In this document: positions 56,227 through 64,000 of the stretch, piece by piece
How positions within the stretch are numbered: the stretch's first letter is position 1
Layout: each line of letters starts with the position of its first letter
Origin: an uncultured Gemmatimonadales bacterium
Lineage (GTDB): Bacteria; Gemmatimonadota; Gemmatimonadetes; Palauibacterales; Palauibacteraceae
Direction: 5' to 3'
Length of the DNA: 64,000 nucleotides
Assembly (NCBI GenBank): GCA_963783385.1
Contig: CAWANJ010000001.1
Location: forward strand, 1-64,000
Program-made: the position numbers and the translations under genes
The notes under the pieces: generated by a model
Databases searched by the model: none
The model's input: the letters and a program-made list of their open reading frames with translations, nothing else
What the model was told of the DNA's origin: nothing

Positions 56227-57165
56227 TCAGGACGACACGAGCCGTCCGACCGCGAGGAGACCCAGCACGAGGGGAAGATACGCGAGCGAGACCAGGAAGA
56301 GCCGGCGTGACCGGCGCGCGGTCACCCCGGCCAGGAGCGGCACGGCGGCCGCCAGGTAGAGGCTCCCGAGCAGGAGGGCACCGGCCAGGTAGAGCCCGCC
56401 CCCCAGGTCCAGAACGACCGGCAGCGCGCTCACCAGCAGGAGGAGAGCCGCCGATCCCGCCGCCTGCCACGCCGTCCACCGGCCCGTCGGGTCGGCCACG
56501 GCCACCGTGCGGTAGCCGCCCCTGCGGTAGTCTTCCCGGCACAGCCAGTCGAGCCCGGCGAAGTGCGGGATCTGCCACAGGAACACGAGCGCGAACAGCG
56601 CCCACGCGCCGGGGTCCAGCGAGCCGGTGGCCGCCGCCCACCCGCCCATCACGGGCAGGGCTCCCGGGGCGCTCCCCACCAGGACCGCCGCGGGGGAGAC
56701 TCGCTTCATCGGCGTGTACACGAATGCGTAGGCGACGAGCGTCAGGGCCGCCAGGGCGGCCGTGAGGATGTTGAGCACGGCTCCCAGCAGGCCGATCCCC
56801 GCCAGGGAGACGATCCCGACGAAGGCCGCGGCCCGCATCGGTGTCACCCGTCCCGAGGGGATCGGGCGGCCCCGCGTGCGCGTCATGCGCGCGTCCTGCT
56901 CGCGCTCCAGCAGCTGGTTCAGGCCGTTGGTGCCCGACGCGGCCAGGTAGGTCCCCAGGACGAGGGCCGCCAGCCGTAGCATCCCGGACCCCGGGGCGGT
57001 CGCCAGCCCCCCGCCGCCCCGGGCCGCTACGTAGCCCGCCGCCGCCGTCAGCGTGGCCAGCAGCGAGATCCCCGGCTTCCCCAGCTCGAGGTAGGCCCTG
57101 GCCGCCCCCGCGGACGGTGCGGACGGCCGCACGTGAGAGCCGGGTCGATTCCCTGGTGCTGGCAT
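56227..57165 (-). CDS. cyoE: Protoheme IX farnesyltransferase (heme O synthase)
   Basis: LGKPGI, NQLLEREQDARMTRTRGRPIPSG, YTPMKR and WQIPHF. Confidence 0.95.
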   Translation of the reverse strand: MPAPGNRPGSHVRPSAPSAGAARAYLELGKPGISLLATLTAAAGYVAARGGGGLATAPGSGMLRLAALVLGTYLAASGTNGLNQLLEREQDARMTRTRGRPIPSGRVTPMRAAAFVGIVSLAGIGLLGAVLNILTAALAALTLVAYAFVYTPMKRVSPAAVLVGSAPGALPVMGGWAAATGSLDPGAWALFALVFLWQIPHFAGLDWLCREDYRRGGYRTVAVADPTGRWTAWQAAGSAALLLLVSALPVVLDLGGGLYLAGALLLGSLYLAAAVPLLAGVTARRSRRLFLVSLAYLPLVLGLLAVGRLVSS

Positions 57166-57174
57166 GATCCCCCC

Positions 57175-57213
57175 TTGACGCCGTATACCTCATAACATCA
57201 TGATTTATTCATC
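57175..57213 (+). promoter_or_regulatory. AT-rich divergent promoter/operator between cyoE and the oxidase operon
   Basis: TTGACG at 57175; CATGAT 18 nt later; imperfect palindrome ATAACATCATGATTTAT. Confidence 0.45.
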
Positions 57214-57272
57214 TGCTCGCCGCAAGCCGGCGAGAACGACCCACTTCCGAGCCACCACCGCGGGAGGTCCGC

Positions 57273-57429
57273 GTGGACGATCCGCACGTGCAGTCCGAAG
57301 AGGTGCCATGGCAGCAGCGGGTGATGAACAGCATCTCGGATGCTGGCCCTGGCCGCCGTCGTGTTCTTCTTCCTCTCCTATGTGGTGTGGGGGCTCATCG
57401 ACCTCCTGAGCGTCCGCGCGGGAGGCTGA
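57273..57429 (+). CDS. Small single-TM protein, probable oxidase/NOR accessory subunit (one frameshift)
   Basis: GGAGG-GTG start; MDDPHVQSEEVPWQQRVMNSI / MLALAAVVFFFLSYVVWGLIDLLSVRAGG*; removing one base near 57336 joins the two halves; stop lies 1 nt before subunit II. Confidence 0.65.
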
Positions 57430-57430
57430 G

Positions 57431-57967
57431 ATGAGCTCTCCGCTGAAGTCCCCCGAGGGCGTGTGGTGGAACTGGACCGTGAGCCGCCAGGAACGGACCT
57501 GGCTCGGCATGGCCCTCCTCTGGTGCATCATCCTGTTCGGCTGGATGATCGGCTGGCGGGAGCTCGGCGCCCAGAACCCGGTCGGTCCGACCACGCGGAT
57601 CAGTCCCGATCGGTACCGGGCCGAGGTCCAGGCCTACGAGAAGGAGGCCCGGCACACCGACGAGGGCCTGGTGCCCGCCGGCGCGGACGTGTACGTCGAG
57701 GCGCAGCAGTGGACCTGGAACGGCCTCCCCGTCGTGCTCCAGGCCGGCAAACCGTACCGCCTGCACCTCAGCAGCTACGACGTCCAGCACGGCTTCGGGC
57801 TCCACCGCGAGGCCCGGATGATCGAGCAGTTCAACCTGCAGGTCCTGCCCGGATACGAGTGGGTCGTTCCCATCGAGTTCGAGCACCCCGGCACCTACGA
57901 TGTCCAGTGCAACGAGTTCTGTGGCGTGGGCCACCGGACCATGCACGGACAGATCATCGTCAAGTGA
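57431..57967 (+). CDS. Heme-copper oxidoreductase subunit II (CuA)
   Basis: One TM helix; DVQHGF and CNEFCGVGHRTM CuA motif. Confidence 0.92.
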   Translation: MSSPLKSPEGVWWNWTVSRQERTWLGMALLWCIILFGWMIGWRELGAQNPVGPTTRISPDRYRAEVQAYEKEARHTDEGLVPAGADVYVEAQQWTWNGLPVVLQAGKPYRLHLSSYDVQHGFGLHREARMIEQFNLQVLPGYEWVVPIEFEHPGTYDVQCNEFCGVGHRTMHGQIIVK

Positions 57968-57982
57968 GGGAGGGCTAGAAAC

Positions 57983-59689
57983 ATGGCGATCGGCCTCCTG
58001 GACGCACCGTACGGCGAGGACGGCTTCCGGACCTGCGAGGTGACGGGCCTTCGCATCCACCGCTCCGCCGAAGTGCCCGTCAAGATGTTCGGTCTCACGG
58101 CCGTCGTGGCCCTCATCGTGGGCGGGATCGCCGCTCTCCTCGTGGCGCTCACTCGCTGGGAGGCGGTGGGCATCCTGCAGCCCACGGCGTTTTACAAGTA
58201 CCTGAGCCTGCACGCCTGGAACCTCCTCATCTTCTGGATGGTGTTCATGGAGGTGGCCATCCTGTACGTGGGGGGACCCATGGTGCTGGGCCGGAAGCTT
58301 CCGGCGCCTCGCCTCGCGAAACTCGGCTGGGCGGTCATGGTCGCCTCGGCCGTGCTCATCGAGTACGCGATCTGGACGACCACCTACCCCAACCAGGAGC
58401 CGCTGCTCACCTCCTACGCGCCGCTCAAGTCCTCGGCGTTGTTCTACCTGGGGGTGGACACGTTCATCCTGGGAACCGTGGTCGCGGCCCTTCCCTTCTT
58501 CGCCTGCATTTGGCAGGAGAAGAGCGAGCACCCCGACCGCACCCTTCCCCTGGTCACCTTCGGCGCGTTCGTGACCGGCATCATCGCCGTCGAGGCCCTC
58601 CTGGGCGGCCTCATCACCTACGTGCCGACCTTCCTGTGGCGGATCGGGCTGGTGGGACACATTGACGCGGCCTGGTACCGGCAAATGTACTGGATCATCG
58701 GCCACGGCACCCAGCAGATCAACCTCGCCGCCATGGTCACGGTGTGGTACTTCATGACCCATCTCACCGCCGGGGCCGAGGTGGTGAGCGAGAAGGTCTC
58801 GCGGGGCGCCTTCATCCTCTACCTGTTCTTCATCAACATGGGCGCCGCCCACCACCTCATGGCGGATCCGGGCGTCTCGGCCAGCTGGAAGATGTGGAAC
58901 ACCTCCTACGCCATGTACGGCGCCGTGCTGGCCAGCCTCATCCACGCCTTCGCCATCCCGGCGGGCCTGGAGGCGGGTCGCCGCAAGCGCGGCCTGGGCG
59001 GGGACAGCTGGTTCGGCTGGCTGAAGACGGCCCCGTGGCACGACCCCGGCTTCTCGGCCACGGCGCTAAGCATCGTCCTGTTCGGCTTCCTGGGCGGCAT
59101 CACGGGCGTCCTCATGGGGCAGATGCAGCTCAACACCATGCGGCACAACACGCTGGCCGTACCCGGCCATTTCCACGGCACCGTGGCGGTGGGGACCACG
59201 CTGGCGTTCATGGGCCTCGTCTACTACGTGATCCGACTCATCTTCCGGAAGGAATGGGTGTTCGAGCGGTTGGCCCGGCTGCAGCCGTATCTGTACGGCT
59301 TCGCCATGAGCATCGCGGCCATGGCCATGATGGAGGCGGGCATCCTGTACGGCGTGCCCCGGAGAGACCCGATCACCACGTCCATTCCCGGCACGCACTT
59401 CAGCTTCTCGGCCGCCAGCCCCATGCTGGCCGTGCTCGGGATCGCAGCATCGGTGGCCGTGCTGGCCGGCGCGATCTTCGTGCTCGTGGCCGTGGGCTCT
59501 CTCCTGTTCGGGAAGGAGGCGCGTATGCGGGTGCCGGTGCCGCTATCCCTGACCGGGAGCGATGCCCCGGTGCACCGGTACTCGATGCGGGGCACGCTGG
59601 CCATGTGCGGATTCTTCCTGGCCGTGTTCGCCCTGTTCTACGGCATGGACTGGATGTGGCTGTCACGGCTGTGGATGTTCGGCGGATGA
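57983..59689 (+). CDS. Heme-copper oxidoreductase subunit I, B-family-derived, probable eNOR nitric oxide reductase
   Basis: His ligands LHAW, GHGTQQ, AHH and GHFH; H+4 is Gln instead of the cross-linked Tyr. Confidence 0.8.
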   Translation: MAIGLLDAPYGEDGFRTCEVTGLRIHRSAEVPVKMFGLTAVVALIVGGIAALLVALTRWEAVGILQPTAFYKYLSLHAWNLLIFWMVFMEVAILYVGGPMVLGRKLPAPRLAKLGWAVMVASAVLIEYAIWTTTYPNQEPLLTSYAPLKSSALFYLGVDTFILGTVVAALPFFACIWQEKSEHPDRTLPLVTFGAFVTGIIAVEALLGGLITYVPTFLWRIGLVGHIDAAWYRQMYWIIGHGTQQINLAAMVTVWYFMTHLTAGAEVVSEKVSRGAFILYLFFINMGAAHHLMADPGVSASWKMWNTSYAMYGAVLASLIHAFAIPAGLEAGRRKRGLGGDSWFGWLKTAPWHDPGFSATALSIVLFGFLGGITGVLMGQMQLNTMRHNTLAVPGHFHGTVAVGTTLAFMGLVYYVIRLIFRKEWVFERLARLQPYLYGFAMSIAAMAMMEAGILYGVPRRDPITTSIPGTHFSFSAASPMLAVLGIAASVAVLAGAIFVLVAVGSLLFGKEARMRVPVPLSLTGSDAPVHRYSMRGTLAMCGFFLAVFALFYGMDWMWLSRLWMFGG

Positions 59690-59788
59690 TCGGCGCGGCG
59701 GTGGGATCGCGGGAGGGACCGGCGACCCGGATTCGCCCCTGGAGCCGGAACGAAGCGCGGGCTCGAACGGTAGAGAGGAGGCGACTCG

Positions 59789-59956
59789 ATGTCCGATGAG
59801 GCGGGTGTCGCACGGAGCCCGGACGGCGGGGTCTCGAGCGACCCGAACGTCGAAGACAACGGCCCCTGGTTCGGCGTCTTCCTGTTCGTGGTCGTGACCC
59901 TGTTCGCGGCCGCAGCGGCCGCCGTCATACACTCTCTCGTGGCCACGTTCGGTTGA
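59789..59956 (+). CDS. 55-aa single-TM microprotein
   Basis: SD GAGAGGAGG; MSDEAGVARSPDGGVSSDPNVEDNGPWFGVFLFVVVTLFAAAAAAVIHSLVATFG*. Confidence 0.6.
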   Translation: MSDEAGVARSPDGGVSSDPNVEDNGPWFGVFLFVVVTLFAAAAAAVIHSLVATFG

Positions 59957-60018
59957 GGCCCCCGGGCCGGAATCTCCGGTCCCGCGCACCGCCGGGGCGT
60001 GGGAAGGGCGAGCGCAGG

Positions 60019-60432
60019 ATGCTGTCCCAGACCGCCGAATACGCCCTCCGGGCCGCCATCCGGCTCGCCTCCCGACCCGACGCGGACCCCGTCCGCGTCG
60101 AGGACCTGGCCGCGGAGCTCGACCTGCCTCGCAACTACCTCTCCAAGATTCTGCACACGCTGGCCCGGAAGGAGGTGCTGGAGTCCGTCAAGGGACCGGG
60201 CGGCGGATTCCGGCTGGCGGGACCACCCGCGGAGCTCACGCTGTTCGAGGTGGTAAGCCAGTTCGACGACCTCTCGCCCGGCCGAACCTGCGTCCTGGGA
60301 CGGCCGTGCTGCAGCGACACCGACCCCTGCCCGGTCCACGAGCGGTGGTTCCCGGTGTCCGAGAGGATCGCGCAGTTCTTCCGCGAGACCACCCTGGCGG
60401 ACGCCGCAGCCGGGGTGAGCGAAGTCCGGTAG
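60019..60432 (+). CDS. Rrf2 family transcriptional regulator
   Basis: MLSQTAEYALRA, YLSKIL, SVKGPGGGF and Cys cluster CVLGRPCCSDTDPCPVH. Confidence 0.93.
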   Translation: MLSQTAEYALRAAIRLASRPDADPVRVEDLAAELDLPRNYLSKILHTLARKEVLESVKGPGGGFRLAGPPAELTLFEVVSQFDDLSPGRTCVLGRPCCSDTDPCPVHERWFPVSERIAQFFRETTLADAAAGVSEVR

Positions 60433-60493
60433 CGCACCCCGGAGCGTCCGGGTCGGGCGCCCGGCCCGGTCGGCCGACCGACCCTGCCTCACC

Positions 60494-61483
60494 TCAGCCC
60501 AGGATCGCCTCCACTCCGGCGCATACGAACGCCCACTGGAGCCGCATCTGGTCGGCCACCGGGACGGGACGGAGCTCGTCGGCGTCGGCGTCGCGGGAGG
60601 CTCCCAGGAAGAGCGGCACCTCGGACACCAGCGTGAGGGGGTCGCCCCCCAGGGCGCGGATCGTCTCCATGGAGCTCGGCCGGAAGCGGGCGGCCGCCTC
60701 CGGGTCGCCGGCGGCCAGAAAGTGCTCGCGCATCGACACGTGGTTGGGCCGGGTGGCGAAGCCGGGCGCCAGCCGGTGGAAGCCCTTCTCCCCGGCCCGC
60801 TCCACGTCGTGCAGCGCGTAGCCGGAGTGCTCCGCCGACGCCCGACAGCGCTCCATGAGCCGGTCCAGCGCCGCCCGGCCGCGCCACCCGGGCTCGACCA
60901 GGTACCAGGCCCCGCCGGCCACCGACATCCCGTGCAGGGAGGCGTGCAGGGCGAAGGAGCCCGCCTCCCGCCACCAGGCCCACGCGGCACGGTTCTCCGG
61001 CCGCGCCCCGTCGTCCTCGTCCCGGAAGGGGAAGCCGAACTCAATGTCGTCTCCGGGGAGCTCCCGGACGACGTGAAGCCGGTAGAGCGCGGGGTCGTAG
61101 GCGTCCGGACCGTCGGCGAGCGCTCCCGGCCCGGTGGCGCCGGAAGACCGCTGCCACGCCGCGTTGGCGGCGTCTCCGTCCGGATTGAGGTGCGGGAGGA
61201 TCCACCACTCCGCCGCCGTGAGGAGCGGGTCCGCCGCCGGTAGCTCGGCCAGGTGCGCCGCGAGCCGCCGCAGGAGCCGGGGGCCCACGGGCTCGTCCGC
61301 GTGGCAGCCGGCCACGAGGCTCACGCGACGCGGTCCCTGGCCCATCCGGAAGGCACACACGGGGCGCCCCTCACGCGACCGACCGATGAGGTCGCCCTCG
61401 TCCGGGCCCACCGGCTCGCAGGCGAGGATCTCCTCGAAGCGGCCCTCGAGGGTGTCGTAGCCGGGCGGTCGCGGGCCGCTCAC
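60494..61483 (-). CDS. M14 family zinc carboxypeptidase-like protein
   Basis: GRSREGRP, GCHADEP (HxxE), NPDG and SLHG. Confidence 0.8.
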   Translation of the reverse strand: MSGPRPPGYDTLEGRFEEILACEPVGPDEGDLIGRSREGRPVCAFRMGQGPRRVSLVAGCHADEPVGPRLLRRLAAHLAELPAADPLLTAAEWWILPHLNPDGDAANAAWQRSSGATGPGALADGPDAYDPALYRLHVVRELPGDDIEFGFPFRDEDDGARPENRAAWAWWREAGSFALHASLHGMSVAGGAWYLVEPGWRGRAALDRLMERCRASAEHSGYALHDVERAGEKGFHRLAPGFATRPNHVSMREHFLAAGDPEAAARFRPSSMETIRALGGDPLTLVSEVPLFLGASRDADADELRPVPVADQMRLQWAFVCAGVEAILG

Positions 61484-64000
61484 CGCGGCCCGCCTCCGGC
61501 CCGCGCCGCGCCGGAGTCTCTCGTGCCGTCACCGCCGGTCGGCCCCGTGTCCTCCCCCTCCGGCAGCAGCTCCAGGCGTGCCACGGTCGCCGCCTGCACG
61601 TTCGCCTCCGACCAGGGGATCGGCACGCCCGTACCCTCCAGCCAGTGCCGCAGGAGGTCGTCGTAGTTCGGGGAAAAGGGGTTCCCCGACTGGCCCCCGG
61701 GGAGGCAGAAGCGCGCCTCCTCCCAGTCCCCCAGCGGAATGACGGCCCGCAGCGACGGGACGGCAGAAGCCGGGGCGAGCGGGTCGTCGGGGAGCGCGGC
61801 GCACTGGGCGACCGTGTGCGCATCGCCTCCGATGCGCAGCGGGCCCCGGTCGAACACCCGCCCCAGCGGACCCACCTGGCCCAGCGGGTGGCGGAGCCAC
61901 ACGGGCCGGATGTGTCCCCACGCCCACGCCGCCGGATCCGGGCCGAACTCCCGCCGGAGCCGGCCGACGGCGTCGCGCGCCGCCCCGGCCACCGCGTCCG
62001 CCCACGGCTCCTCGAGCCACCCCTCGGCCCGCTCCCCGAGGAGGCGGGTGAGGAGCGCGTGGCCCTTCCGGCCGAAGAAGCTGCGCGGCGTGAGCACGTG
62101 GAAGCCGCGGCCCAGGGCCCACGCCGAGGCGGCGGGCGCCCGGCCCCGGATCAACCGGCTCACGAGGCCGCCCAGGACGAGCTCGTACACCGTCGCGGCC
62201 GGCGAGTCGGCCGCGGCCCTCCCATCCCAGCCCCGCAGGAGCTCGAGCCCGAGGGCCAGGTCGGGGTCGCCGCCCTCCGGCGATGCCGAAGCCCCCGGGT
62301 CGCCATCCGACGCGGCCCGGCCCGCCAGCTCGAGGAGGTCCTCGCGCAGGTCGCGCCACGGCAGGCAGGCCACGTCGACCTGGAGCCGCAGGGTCGCCGC
62401 CACGTCCCAGTCGCGTACGCTCGCCGAGCACCTCCTCGATGCGCGCGGCGCGGTAGCCGTCGATCCAGTCGGCCCCGAGCCAGGGGACGCCCGGGCCGTC
62501 CTCGGCCGGCTTGTTGTTGGCCGAGACCAGGTAGCCGGTCTCCGGGTCCTCGCGCGCGGGCATGGCCTCGAACGGGACGTGCTCCTCCTCCCAGCCCGCG
62601 GCCGGATCCCACCCCGGCGCCGGTAGCGTGCCCCAACCCCGCCGCCGGACGGGGGCCTCGCCGACCAGGCGCCAGCCGATCGTCCCCGCGGTGTCCGCGG
62701 CCACCACGCTGAGCGACACGGTGGGCCAGTGACGGAAGAGCTCGCCGAGCTCCCCGACCGTTCGCGCCCGCTGGGCCAGCAGGAAGCCCTCGAGCGGCCG
62801 CGGCTCCAGCCACGTGGCACGCAGCGCGAGGGCCAGGCGGCCGCCCTCCGAGCCGAGCGACCCGGCCTCCGGTCCCGCACGAGCCCCCGGCTCTCCCGGC
62901 GCCGGGGACCCGCCACGCCCCAATCCCGCCGGCTCCGTCCCGCGCAGGGCCGCGCCGACCACGGGGCCGCGGGGCGTCTCGATCACCTCCTCCTCGACCG
63001 GATCGCCGCCCTTCACCCGGATGGTCTCCGTCCACCGTCGGCACGGCTCCCAACCGTCCCCGCGGCGCACCCGGTCGCCGTCGATCGCCTCGAGGAAGAA
63101 GTCCGTGTTGTCCACGAGCCCTGCCGTCACGCCCCAGGCCACGTGCCCGTTGTGGGCGGACAGGAAGGCCGGCATCCCCAGGAAGGCGGCGCCCGCCACC
63201 TCCCACTCGGGCGTGCGCACGTGCGCCAGGTGCCAGTGGGGCGGGAGTTGCGGCGCCAGAATGCGGATCGTTGGCCAGCAGCGTGCGGCCCGTGGCGGTC
63301 CGTGACGCCGACAGCGCCCAGGCGTTGGACGCCCCGCCCGTTCCGACCCGTTCCGCGAGCGCCTCCAGGTCCTCCTCCACGCGGTCCAGCACGGCGCGGA
63401 GCGGCGCCCGCCCCGTCTCCTGGAGAGGCAGCCAATCGGGATAGGGCCCCGAGAGGTCGCTCACGGCTTCCGGCCCGTCGTCCAGCAGCATGCGCAGGCG
63501 GACGAGCTCCGTGTCCCAGTTGGCGGGCAGGACGAAGCTCACCAGCCGGTGCATGGCGACGGCGTCGGCCGCCTCCCACGGGGTCGGGTCGATCCGGAGG
63601 AGAGCGTGCCCGTGGGGCCGGCGAGGAAGCCCCCGCTCGAACGCCGCCCCCACCCCCCGGCAGTAGGCCCGCAGGGCCGTTCGGACCTCCGGGCGCGAGG
63701 CTTCGAGCTGGGCCTCCGTCCCGCGCCGGAAGCCGATGCGGCGCGCCAGCCTGTCGATGGCCAGGCCCTCCTCGCCGATCGCCTCGGCGACGGTGCCCCG
63801 CACGGTGCGCAGCAGCAGCTCGAGCTGGAAGGGGCGGTCCTGGGCCTGTACGAAGCCGAGCGAGAAGGCGGCGTCCTCGTCGCACCCGGCCGTGATGTGG
63901 GGGATTCCGTAGCCGTCGCGCCGCACGGTCAGCGGCCCGTGCAGCCCCCGGACCCGCAGGGTCCCCGAGGTGCGCGGCAGGCGCCGGCCGAGCAGGAGAC
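61480..64000 (-). CDS. Penicillin acylase family protein (5' end outside the window; frameshifted)
   Basis: RRDGYGIPHI, AQDR, ASNAWA, LANDPH, HNGHVAWG, SANN and PGGQSGNP; frame changes near 63250 and 62420. Confidence 0.88.

Noticed and set aside
62681-62696. Partial match CGTCCCCGCGG to the HNH palindrome
   Set aside because: The right arm does not match and it is not palindromic; likely chance in GC-rich coding sequence.

Overview
Very GC-rich bacterial DNA; the gene content (DUF5916, VPS10-like, DUF3108, S9 peptidase, acylases) suggests Gemmatimonadota, which is an inference. I count about 45 genes: secreted hydrolases (three penicillin-acylase-family Ntn hydrolases, a GH38 mannosidase, peptidases), a ribose-type sugar ABC system, c-di-GMP and CheB/CheR signalling genes, three GntR paralogues, two tandem ceruloplasmin-like two-domain multicopper oxidases, a satD-DUF3307 pair, and a heme-copper oxidase operon that lacks the active-site Tyr (probable eNOR-type nitric oxide reductase) next to cyoE and an Rrf2 regulator. 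I recognised no rRNA, tRNA, CRISPR array or classical transposase. About a dozen genes are split by single-base frameshifts, most likely long-read assembly indels. Best leads: (1) a DUF222-HNH endonuclease gene with seven copies of a 16-bp palindrome CGTCYCCGCGGRGACG, five in-frame inside the CDS and two downstream; (2) a cyclase-like SatD plus DUF3307 membrane protein behind an AT-rich region holding two phased repeat arrays; (3) the Tyr-less heme-copper enzyme with two unannotated microproteins. All family assignments come from motif recognition, not database searches.
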